Assembly (NCBI RefSeq): GCF_056746865.1
Contig: NZ_CM163382.1
Reading direction: 5' to 3' (one strand)
DNA: 64,000 nt
This document shows, one piece after another, positions 13,050 to 22,266 of this stretch (position 1 is the stretch's first letter; each line of letters begins with the position of its first letter). The notes under the pieces were generated by a model that saw only the letters and a list, made by a program, of their open reading frames with translations, made no database searches and had not been told where the DNA came from. The translations under genes were made by a program, and so were the position numbers.

Positions 13050-14176
13050 GGGAGTTCTACCGCAGGGGCGGGGAACTCCAAGTGATGTCCATCATCGCAT
13101 CCAGTGCGTCCGGTTTATCCCCGCTGACGCGGGGAACACACATGAATGTCGGTTCAGACCGTGTTTTTACCCGGTTTATCCCCGCTGGCGCGGGGAACAC
13201 TGCCTCGGCGGCGGCTCTGCGCAACCGCGAAACGGTTTATCCCCGCTGGCGCGGGGAACACGTTAAACCGTGATGATCAGCAAAAGCTATTTCCGGTTTA
13301 TCTCCGCTGACGCGGGGAACACGTCAATAGGCGGCGTCCCGTAGCCGTCCCCTTCGGTTTATCCCCGCTGGCGCGGGGAACACTTGAAATGGTCCAGCAC
13401 TGCGACCGTCGGCCCCGGTTTATCCCCGCTGGCGCGGGGAACACGCTGGTGGCGCGGGCAAACGGAACAATCCCGCCGGTTTATCCCCGCTGGCGCGGGG
13501 AACACGCTAACCTATAACACGGAAAATCACACGCTAACGGTTTATCCCCGCTGGCGCGGGGAACACGGCCATTCCCCCAAGCAGACGCAGGAAGTTAACG
13601 GTTTATCCCCGCTGGCGCGGGGAACACCTGGATTTCACCTCAGCAAATGCTGGATGTGGCGGTTTATCCCCGCTGGCGCGGGGAACACCACCCCTGATAT
13701 TTTTGCCACCGTGGTTACTCCGGTTTATCCCCGCTGGCGCGGGGAACACAGAAATCAAACTCAGCGTGCAAATGGGGTAGCCGGTTTATCCCCGCTGGCG
13801 CGGGGAACACTTGCGTTATTTCTATCTGGTGAGTCGCGGCACCGGTTTATCCCCGCTGGCGCGGGGAACACGTATTTTTTATCGTCGCATGAGTCGCGGT
13901 AACCGGTTTATCCCCGCTGGCGCGGGGAACACTTCTGCCGCGCCAGCAAACGTATCGGCGGTCACGGTTTATCCCCGCTGGCGCGGGGAACACCCCAGGC
14001 CAAGCATTATATCCTGTGCGTCGTTCGGTTTATCCCCGCTGGCGCGGGGAACACACCAAGAAGCTGACGAATCAGCCCGACACGCACGGTTTATCCCCGC
14101 TGGCGCGGGGAACACCCAGTTTCATATGAGCCGCCGCGCTGGATCATCGGTTTATCCCCGCTGGCGCGGGGAACAC
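13050..14176 (-). CRISPR. Type I-E CRISPR array: 19 repeats of 29 bp (18 well formed plus one degenerate terminal repeat at 13050-13078) and 18 spacers of 32 bp
   Basis: The + strand reads CGGTTTATCCCCGCTGGCGCGGGGAACAC with an exact 61-bp period from 13111 to 14176. On the minus strand this is GTGTTCCCCGCGCCAGCGGGGATAAACCG. Variant repeats at 13111 and 13294 and the degenerate copy lie at the iap end, which fits a leader at the cas2 end. Confidence 0.97.
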
Positions 14177-14272
14177 ACTAAGCATACATAACTGTTTTTA
14201 AACAAATTTATTCCGCATCAACAATCTACCAACTAAATTAAAACATTTCCTTATTTTTAAAGAACAGATAAC
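14177..14272 (-). promoter_or_regulatory. AT-rich CRISPR leader between cas2 and the first repeat
   Basis: 96 bp of AT-rich non-coding sequence directly abutting the best-conserved repeat. Same orientation as the cas genes. Confidence 0.6.
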
Positions 14273-15482
<1,210 letters not shown>

Positions 15483-15486
<4 letters not shown>

Positions 15487-16133
15487 GCCTCTGCTCCGGG
15501 TTTGATCAGCATCAGACCACAGCCGAACGCGCGGCTTTTGCCATACCCCTGGCTCAGACGTTGCAGAAATAACCCGGGATCGGTGACCGTAAGCATCCCC
15601 GTATAATCCACGCTACTGAACTGGATCAGTTGCCGGGAGTTTTCCCGCCACAGTTGCTGTTGTCGGTAGGCATCAACCGAGGTATCCAGCAGTGTAAAAC
15701 CGCTTCTCTCCCCCTGCGCTGCCAGCCAGTCCAGCGCCGCCTGTTGTTGATGCAACCAGACATCACTTCCTTCCGCCTGCCCCCTCACCTGCCGTTTCGC
15801 CTCCATCAGCAGATCGTGGCGCTTGCCCGCTTTACAGATTGTTGGATTCGCCCGCAGGTTGAAACAAAGTTGTTGTCCGGTACGCAGCTCGGGCACAAAT
15901 GACCGGCATTCGATGGTGAACGTTTCACTTTCTGCCGGGCGTTCCTGCGACAGTACAAAAAAGCGAAACGCGCCCTGGAGTTCTTCCCGACGATAAAGAA
16001 ATTGCCTTTCTTTGCCGCCAGGGAAGAGATCCCACAGCCACTGATGCATCACATATTCCCCGCGATCCACCAGATGCAGCAACTGCGCAGGCGAAAGCTG
16101 GCCGGTATGTAAGGTTATTCTTGAGAGGTACAT
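15483..16133 (-). CDS. cas6e: Cas6e (CasE) crRNA endoribonuclease, non-K-12 I-E variant
   Basis: 216 aa from MYLSRITLHTGQ, with an AAGGAGG RBS upstream of the ATG at 16133. C-terminal G-rich motif GKSRAFGCGLMLIKP. The longer 262-aa track ORF was rejected. Confidence 0.85.
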
Positions 16134-16806
16134 GGTTCCTCCTTGCTGAGCCACGGCCCCTGATTGACGGTGCGTTCCCCAAACAACCATTGCTGACGAT
16201 TTAAAGGAACATCCCGGCGGCGCAATATTTTGCTCGCGACCAGGCCGTCGTGCTCCCCTTCCCACCAGCATTCATCCTGAAGTTTCGGGAGTGCGATTTT
16301 CAGGTCGTGGAAATGCTCCTGATACTGGTGATATGCGTTACGTAAAACATCAGACGCGTTGCCTTCAAGCAGTAACGGCGCAAGTGGTAATGCCAGCGGA
16401 TGACTTTTTCGCCCCAGATAAAGCGGAAAAACTGGATGGCGTAAACCGCCCTGCAACTGTTCGAGGCTGTAAGGCGCATCGGCTGTTGTTGCCACCGCCA
16501 CCATCCACCAGGCGTCGGTGTAGTAGTCGCGCCGGGAGATAATCGCGCTCAGAAGATCAGGGTCGCTCAACTCTTCGCGACGGCTGAAATAACGCGCTTT
16601 ACGCACCTCTTTTGGCATCTGGATTGTGTGATAATCCCGTGCCCAGCGCGGGTTACGGCTGGCGCAAACCACCAGTGAATAGTGGCGGTTAAACACGTTT
16701 AATCGTTCGGTATCATCACGCCGAATCCCTACCCCGGCAGCCAGCAGCCCCAGCAATGCTGAGCGCGAAGGCAGTTCATGGGTATGACGCACTTCGCCCG
16801 CTCCAA
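16115..16806 (-). pseudogene. cas5e: cas5e (casD) lacking its 5' end; homology stops at the island junction
   Basis: The frame reads ...GAGEVRHTHELPSRSALLGLLAAGVGIRRDD...PLYLGRKSHPLALPL (Cas5e hallmarks). The roughly 15-20 N-terminal codons, including the conserved WG segment, are missing. The TTG start at 16810 in the track is created by the junction. Confidence 0.8.
16792..16806 (+). repeat. Left island junction core (attL-like): CTTCGCCCGCTCCAA
   Basis: Identical 15-mer at 36704-36718. It lies inside the cas5e reading frame, where the reverse complement encodes GAGE. Confidence 0.75.
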
Positions 16807-16969
16807 ACAAACATTTCTCAACGTCTACTGAAGTCCATCAAATCCACGAATATCAAGCCTTTCAGCCATTTTCATAGCTTATTAACGTCTACTCACAACT
16901 ACCAGAATCTACACACAGAAGTGTATAGTAATGCGTATAGGACAAAATTTATTTTTTGGAGCTATACAC

Positions 16970-18184
16970 ATGCTGCTTTCAGACCTTGCTATCAGGCGCG
17001 CGAAGCCGAAAGAAAAGGCTTATACACTCAATGACGGTAACGGGCTTTCGTTACTCATTGAGCCGAACGGCTCGAAAGGGTGGCGACTACGTTACAGATT
17101 TGCAGGAAAGCCCAAAATGTTGTCGTTGGGCGTGTACCCTGATGTGTCTCTGTCTGATGCCAGAGCGGCAAGGGATGAGGCTAAAAGGCTTCTTGCTGGT
17201 GGTATAAATCCAAGTGAGGCCAGAAAAGCTCAAAAGCGAGAACAGGCGAGCAAATTTGGCAATACTTTTGAGGGTATCGCTCGCGAATGGTATGAAAAGC
17301 GGATCGACAGGTGGTCATCGTCATACGCCGAGGAAATGATCGAGACGTTTGAAAAAGACGTTTTTCCGTACATTGGCGGCAGGCCGATCGCAGAAATTAA
17401 GCCAATGGAGTTGCTTGCGGTTCTCTCCCGTCTTAATGACCGTGGGGCGACCGAAAAATTGCGTAAGGTTCGCCAGCGATGCGGCGAGGTGTTCCGGTAC
17501 GCAATCATCACCGGACGCGCTGAATATAACCCCGCACCAGATCTGGCAAGCGCATTTGCTCCACACAAAAAAGAGCATTATGCCTATTTGAAGGCCGACG
17601 AACTGCCGGAATTTTTCCGCGTTCTTAATACGTACACCGGAAGCCAGATCGTCAAGCTGGGTATGCGATTATTGATTCTGACAGGGCTCCGGCCAGGGGA
17701 ATTACGACAGGCAGAATGGCAGGAGATCGATTTTGATAATCGTTTGTGGGAAGTGCCTAAAGAACGAATGAAGATGCGCCGTCCTCATTGTGTGCCGCTT
17801 TCAGAACAGGCGATCGCTATTCTGGAACAGTTAAAACACATGACGGGGCAGTATCAGTTTATTTTCCCTGGTCGAATCCAGCACAGTAAGCCGATGAGTG
17901 AAATGGCGATGAACGTGCTTATTCGTCGTATTGGCTATTCTGGGCGCGTTACTGGTCATGGGTTCCGGCACACGATGAGCACGATTTTACATGAGCAGGG
18001 CTATAACACCGCGTGGATAGAAACGCAGCTTGCACACGTTGATAAGAACTCAATTCGTGGCACGTACAATCATGCGCAATATCTGGACGGGCGGCGCGAG
18101 ATGCTCCAGTGGTACGCCGACTATATGGACTCACTGGAACAGGGCGGCAACGTGGTGCATGGCAAGTTCGGAAAATGTGGATGA
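16970..18184 (+). CDS. int: P4-type tyrosine recombinase / integrase
   Basis: 404 aa from MLLSDLAIRRAKPKEKAYTLNDGNGLSLLIEPNGSKGWRLRYRF (typical P4-integrase N-terminus). Catalytic region HGFRHT...RGTYNH. GGAG RBS upstream. Confidence 0.92.
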   Translation: MLLSDLAIRRAKPKEKAYTLNDGNGLSLLIEPNGSKGWRLRYRFAGKPKMLSLGVYPDVSLSDARAARDEAKRLLAGGINPSEARKAQKREQASKFGNTFEGIAREWYEKRIDRWSSSYAEEMIETFEKDVFPYIGGRPIAEIKPMELLAVLSRLNDRGATEKLRKVRQRCGEVFRYAIITGRAEYNPAPDLASAFAPHKKEHYAYLKADELPEFFRVLNTYTGSQIVKLGMRLLILTGLRPGELRQAEWQEIDFDNRLWEVPKERMKMRRPHCVPLSEQAIAILEQLKHMTGQYQFIFPGRIQHSKPMSEMAMNVLIRRIGYSGRVTGHGFRHTMSTILHEQGYNTAWIETQLAHVDKNSIRGTYNHAQYLDGRREMLQWYADYMDSLEQGGNVVHGKFGKCG

Positions 18185-18312
18185 CTGGTTGAGTATACAG
18201 TAGTAGACTTTGAGCGACGAAAGAAAAAGCTGTGTCTAGGGTCGCTCCCGAAAAACCGTATACCTCGACGGGCTGGCACAGCCACTACAGTAGAGGACGC
18301 TGAGGTGTGCGT

Positions 18313-19110
18313 ATGATTGATATTCATGCCGAATTAAACGAATACAAAAAAGATTTTATTTCTTTACGTGAATTTCTTGAGGTCGTGCTTAAGGTCGCTG
18401 GTGATGATTATGATGTTTCAGATCTCATAACTTGGATACTCAGGAGAATAAGCGGAGAACATATCCGCCTGTACACAGTAAATGAATTTAAGCTGTTGGA
18501 ATCTTTTTGTAACCCGTATCGGGATGAATTTGATTATGATGTTCTTTATAGAAATCTGGATGCGGTTCGGAAACATGGTTGTTTACCTGGTGAGAGGGAT
18601 GAAAATGGTTTTCTGGTGTCCGGTTATTGGGAAGATCCCGAATTTGAGAACATTGGATTTATAAGGGGTGAAATTTTCGCAATTTTTCCCGATGTCCTTG
18701 ACGCGTTAACGAAGCTGGAAGGCGCTAACTCTTCTGAAAATGACGAGGTACAAGGACGCGATATTGAAAAGAAAGAGTTGCGTACAGAGGATGATTTATT
18801 ATCCCAAATCGCAATGCTGGAAAGAGAAAACGCAGAGTTAAGGGCAAGGATAGAGCAGTTAGAGCAAGAGCGCCCGATACACTTATATAAATACTGGGAT
18901 AAAGACCCATTAGCTAAGGCTATTGAGATTAGAAACAGAGAGTGGGCCAATTACGATCCAGAAAATGATTTTGCCACCAGGGGAAATCAAGAAGCGATAA
19001 CTAGGGAGCTTAAGCAGTGGGGGGCAAGTAATGCTCTTGCAACGCTCATAGAGAGGACTGCCTGCCCTATTAACCGAGACAACAGCCAAAAGAACGCAAA
19101 GCCGGATTAA
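18313..19110 (+). CDS. Hypothetical protein with a central acidic region and a coiled coil (LSQIAMLERENAELRARIEQLEQE)
   Basis: 265-aa ORF (ATG at 18313 after GAGGTG). Lower GC than the flanking int. I recognise no family motif. Confidence 0.6.
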   Translation: MIDIHAELNEYKKDFISLREFLEVVLKVAGDDYDVSDLITWILRRISGEHIRLYTVNEFKLLESFCNPYRDEFDYDVLYRNLDAVRKHGCLPGERDENGFLVSGYWEDPEFENIGFIRGEIFAIFPDVLDALTKLEGANSSENDEVQGRDIEKKELRTEDDLLSQIAMLERENAELRARIEQLEQERPIHLYKYWDKDPLAKAIEIRNREWANYDPENDFATRGNQEAITRELKQWGASNALATLIERTACPINRDNSQKNAKPD

Positions 19111-19125
19111 CGCACCATACCGCAT

Positions 19126-19270
19126 ACCCTGAGGGTGATTTACTGTTACCCTGAGGGTATTTTTTTATCTTCCCCGTCAATTTTACCATCACCCTTAGGG
19201 TAGATTTCCTCCCGATTACCATCACCCTTAGGGTTAATTTCCTTCCGGTAACCATTAGGCCTGAGGGTAT
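19126..19270. promoter_or_regulatory. Array of five CCYTNAGGGT palindromic motifs, including a ~30-bp direct repeat, upstream of alpA
   Basis: ACCCTGAGGGT at 19126 and 19148. TACCATCACCCTTAGGGT(A/T)(G/A)ATTTCCT(C/T)CC at 19184-19213 and 19217-19246. CCTGAGGGTAT at 19260. Confidence 0.5.
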
Positions 19271-19337
19271 GAAAATATTCGTTATTTCTGTGCCATGATT
19301 ACCTCGTCAAATTGAGTAGACGTTATGAGGTAAATAG

Positions 19338-19535
19338 ATGTCAAATACGCTTATTCGTTTAACAGAAGTTCAGCGTAGAACTGGATATAGCAAGGCATGG
19401 ATTTATCGCCTTATGGGGCAAGGTAAATTTCCTGCATCAGTTAAAATTGGCTCGCGAGCGATTGCTTTCGTTGAAAGTGAAATTGACGAATGGATCAATC
19501 AGCGTATTGCCGAATCACGCGGAACGGCTGCCTGA
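19338..19535 (+). CDS. alpA: AlpA/Vis-family small DNA-binding regulator or excisionase
   Basis: 65 aa: LIRLTEVQRRTGYSKAWIYRLMGQGKFPASVKIGSRAIAFVESEIDEWI, the classic AlpA HTH pattern. Confidence 0.85.
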   Translation: MSNTLIRLTEVQRRTGYSKAWIYRLMGQGKFPASVKIGSRAIAFVESEIDEWINQRIAESRGTAA

Positions 19536-19610
19536 TTAAATAGCTACGGGTTATTGCCCAAGCTATCCACTAGCAAATAAAAAGTAACTTAATTCGATAG
19601 CGGAGTTTTT

Positions 19611-20435
19611 ATGAAACTGCGAAAAACGCCCGTACAGGGGCAGGGCTTTGTTCGGCCTGAAAACCAGAATCTGCAAAATTTCGGCGAAATTATCCCGGTT
19701 ATTTCCGGCGTTATTGGCGGGCGTGAAGCCGCTGTTGTTAGCGCAAAAGCGTTACACAAAGCGTTGGGCGTGGGAAAAGACTTCTCTACATGGATCACTG
19801 ATCGTATCTCTGAATATGACTTCACCATTGGGTACGATTACTCAGTCCATAAAACAATTTCCCCAAATTTGGGGAAAAGCCCGAATGGCGAGGCTTACAG
19901 CAAGATTAAGCACTCTGGCAGACCCGGTAAAGACTATCTGTTAAGTGTCGGAATGGCGAAAGAACTGGCAATGATCGAACGCACCGAACAGGGCCGCGCC
20001 GTTCGTCAGTACTTCATCAAATGCGAGGAGGAGCTACACAAGGTAGCGCCTGTACGTTCCGCAGCGTTACGCCGGGAACTGAAAGCCCGTATCACCGTAG
20101 CCAGCTACTTTAAGCCAATGTGTGCCGCGCTGGAGGCGTACCGGGCTGAACTGGGTAAAAACACGCTCCAGCACCACTACACCACGGAAGCCAATATGCT
20201 GGCGCGTATCGTGCTGGGTGGCATGAATGCAAAACAGTGGGCGCAGGCGAACGGCATCACAGGCGAACCACGCGACCACATGAGCACGCTGCAGCTTGAG
20301 CACCTTTCTTACCTTGAGCAGAGCAATATCACGCTGATTGAGTTAGGCCAGGACTACCACCAGCGGAAAGCTGAATTAATTCGTCTTTCGCAACGCTGGT
20401 TAGCCCGCCGCATGGAGGTGAGCAGCCATGCGTAA
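19611..20435 (+). CDS. AntA/AntB-type phage antirepressor domain protein
   Basis: 274 aa. The N-terminal segment VVSAKALHKALGVGKDFSTWITDRISEYDF and LLSVGMAKELAMIERTEQGRAVRQYFIKCEEEL resemble AntA/KilAC antirepressor domains. Confidence 0.65.
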   Translation: MKLRKTPVQGQGFVRPENQNLQNFGEIIPVISGVIGGREAAVVSAKALHKALGVGKDFSTWITDRISEYDFTIGYDYSVHKTISPNLGKSPNGEAYSKIKHSGRPGKDYLLSVGMAKELAMIERTEQGRAVRQYFIKCEEELHKVAPVRSAALRRELKARITVASYFKPMCAALEAYRAELGKNTLQHHYTTEANMLARIVLGGMNAKQWAQANGITGEPRDHMSTLQLEHLSYLEQSNITLIELGQDYHQRKAELIRLSQRWLARRMEVSSHA

Positions 20436-20985
20436 ACCTGTCTTTTATGCCGGTCGCACTGAAATCTCTGTCATTAAATTCGATGACATTCAGGTGCGCA
20501 TAGTGAGTATCAACGGCGAGCCGTGGTTTGTTGGCGCTGATGTGTGTGCCGCGCTGGAAATCAGCAATGTTACTGATGCCGTTTCAGTTCTGGATAACGA
20601 TGAGGTAATGACCCTAGCTTTAACCGAGGGTCATTCCGGTAAGCGTGGTGGTGCCAGAAGCTGGAATGTTGTCTCTGAATCAGGTTTCTACAAACTGATC
20701 GCCCGCAGCCGTAAAGCTTCCACACCAGGCACATTTGCGCACCGTTTCAGTAACTGGGTATTCCGCGAGGTGATTCCTTCAATCCGCAAAACGGGGGGTT
20801 ATGGTGTTCCGTTTGCCATGCTGAATGATTTCAGTAAACGTCAGGCTGCATATCAACAGGAAGCCAGCAAACGCGGTTACAGGTTACAGCAATGCAAAGA
20901 GGCAAAAGATGCACTGGAACGAGAAGAGCGGGCGCTATGGCGTAAATATCAGCCTGATTTTCTGGAGGGTGAAAGCAATGTGTAA
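20428..20985 (+). CDS. Bro-N domain (prophage antirepressor-like) protein
   Basis: 185 aa. FDDIQVRIVSINGEPWFVGADVCAALEI...SESGFYKLIARSRK...FSNWVFREVIPSIRKTGGY is a typical Bro-N pattern. Overlaps the upstream gene by 8 nt. Confidence 0.75.
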   Translation: MRKPVFYAGRTEISVIKFDDIQVRIVSINGEPWFVGADVCAALEISNVTDAVSVLDNDEVMTLALTEGHSGKRGGARSWNVVSESGFYKLIARSRKASTPGTFAHRFSNWVFREVIPSIRKTGGYGVPFAMLNDFSKRQAAYQQEASKRGYRLQQCKEAKDALEREERALWRKYQPDFLEGESNV

Positions 20986-21153
20986 CGATCCGAACGTTAC
21001 AGAAAGAAAAAGCGCCCCGTTGCTGGATAACAGGCAAAACAAAGGCGACCGGGATAGGTCGCCAGTGGGAACAAAGGAAATCAAACGCATCGCCAACAAT
21101 GCCAGATTTGCGGCTGGTGGGCAATGTGATCAGTGTGCTGGCTTGCTGGTGGG

Positions 21154-21351
21154 CTATTCCTGCTCTTTAGCATCGCCATACTGCGATGTTTTCCAGGTAT
21201 GCGATTCCATTTTTGTGCGCCTGTACTCTTTTAAGAACTTCTCAAGGACAAACGCACATGGCGCAAATCTTTCCTGTTCTTGTTCGCTTACCGCATTTTT
21301 GCGTTGTTTTTTCCTGGATGAGGATAATTTCTTTAATGATTTGTCAGTCAT
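21154..21351 (-). CDS. Small basic hypothetical protein (65 aa); its C-terminus is paralogous to the neighbouring RHH protein
   Basis: ORF ending ...GDAKEQE. Weak RBS. Same size and tail as the 21409-21606 ORF. Confidence 0.4.
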   Translation of the reverse strand: MTDKSLKKLSSSRKKQRKNAVSEQEQERFAPCAFVLEKFLKEYRRTKMESHTWKTSQYGDAKEQE

Positions 21352-21408
21352 CGTAGATACCTGTAACCCTGTGCGCCACAGTTCACCGCACCACGGCGCT
21401 GGTGATGG

Positions 21409-21606
21409 TTACTCCTGCTCTTTGGCCTTCCGGCGCTGTTCATATTTTAATTTGCGTCCACAGGCATCTAAGACCCATGCGGAAAAATTAGCACTAGGAT
21501 TAGTTAATTTTTCTTGTTCAACACTGGCATCAATCCCATCTATAAGCTCGTGCGGGAATCGAATATTTTTCTTTGCTGATTTGTTGTTTGTGTTTCCGCT
21601 AGACAT
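21409..21606 (-). CDS. Ribbon-helix-helix (Arc/MetJ-like) DNA-binding protein; candidate island repressor
   Basis: 65 aa. NIRFPHELIDGIDASVEQEK...NFSAWVLDACGRKL fits a beta-strand/helix/helix RHH pattern. Good GAGGTG RBS. Divergent from the replication operon. Confidence 0.55.
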   Translation of the reverse strand: MSSGNTNNKSAKKNIRFPHELIDGIDASVEQEKLTNPSANFSAWVLDACGRKLKYEQRRKAKEQE

Positions 21607-21674
21607 TGGTACACCTCACTTAAATGGATTTGATGGGCGCACACAATACAGCAAAAAAAGTGAGAAGTTAAGTA

Positions 21675-21703
21675 TTGACATGTGCGCACACATGATTTTA
21701 ATC
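21675..21703 (+). promoter_or_regulatory. Putative sigma-70 promoter with a palindromic operator in the spacer, driving the icd-like/primase operon
   Basis: TTGACA (21675-21680), then the perfect palindrome TGTGCGCACA (21681-21690), then a TTAATC/TAATCT -10 candidate 17-18 nt downstream. Related GCGCACACA and TGTGCGCAAG copies lie nearby. Confidence 0.4.
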
Positions 21704-21810
21704 TGTGCGCAAGTTTGGGTTGCATTGCTCAAATTAAGCAACGCCCCGCAGTGCTCGCAACACATGCAGGGCGTCTAACCACCAACGATAGAAAGCGTAT
21801 CGAGGTAGCT

Positions 21811-22014
21811 ATGTTAAATCATACCACACACCCGCAAGGGCGGGACTCGCACAACCTGAATAAATACATCTGGCGTTTTATCGCCCTGAGCACCGCACAA
21901 CCACGCGTAATACACATCGAGGCCGCCAGCGAACAGGAAGCCCGTCAGCAATCCCCGGCTGGCTGCGTGATGGTATTTACTGCCCGCATCCGTCAGGGGG
22001 AATACTATGCGTGA
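21811..22014 (+). CDS. Small protein resembling satellite/prophage Icd-like cell division inhibitor family
   Basis: 67 aa from the ATG at 21811 (GAGGTA RBS). The YIWRFIALS...VIHIEAASEQEARQQSP pattern resembles Icd-like proteins of P4-type islands. This assignment is from memory only. Confidence 0.5.
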   Translation: MLNHTTHPQGRDSHNLNKYIWRFIALSTAQPRVIHIEAASEQEARQQSPAGCVMVFTARIRQGEYYA

Positions 22015-22264
22015 TGAACGATTTATTCTTCTGGAGCAAAAATTCAGTGAAGCGCCAAAAAATGAAATTGATGCTCTTTTGCATATCGCGAATATGCTAA
22101 AAGTAGCAACGTTCCTTATAGTTTCGAATCTGGAGCATGAAACGGCGTTAGATATACTGAACAGTGCTGTCGATTATTCTGAATATATTGCCGAGGATAA
22201 ATACAGGCAATTACCAGATTTGTTAGCCCATAAATATAAAGAAGAACCTCACACCGGGAAATAA
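22007..22264 (+). CDS. Hypothetical protein (85 aa); the gene is AT-rich
   Basis: ORF overlaps the upstream stop. Visibly lower GC than its neighbours. Confidence 0.5.
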   Translation: MRDERFILLEQKFSEAPKNEIDALLHIANMLKVATFLIVSNLEHETALDILNSAVDYSEYIAEDKYRQLPDLLAHKYKEEPHTGK

Positions 22265-22266
22265 AC

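Noticed and set aside
13082-14191. Three + strand ORFs (63, 172 and 126 aa) with the recurring peptides LSPLARGT / FIPAGAGNT / YPRWRGEH
   Set aside because: They are translations of the 29-bp CRISPR repeat in three phases. The periodic peptide repeats track the 61-bp repeat-spacer unit, so this is not a gene.
16115-16810. 231-aa 'complete' cas5e ORF starting at TTG 16810
   Set aside because: The TTG and the next codon come from island DNA beyond the junction core. The conserved Cas5e N-terminal segment is missing, so this was called as a truncated pseudogene.
19070-19255. 61-aa minus-strand ORF with repeated LTLRVMV peptides
   Set aside because: It is an artefact of the 30-bp direct repeats and palindromes upstream of alpA. 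It has no RBS.
20825-21778. 317-aa + strand ORF spanning the end of the Bro gene to the icd-like promoter (including a possible MCNDPN... start overlapping the Bro stop)
   Set aside because: The sequence is Cys/Ser/Phe-rich and nonsense-like with no motif. It runs antisense to two small ORFs, one with a clear RHH pattern and a good RBS, and straight through a promoter/operator region. The long open frame looks fortuitous. Strand-specific RNA-seq would settle it.
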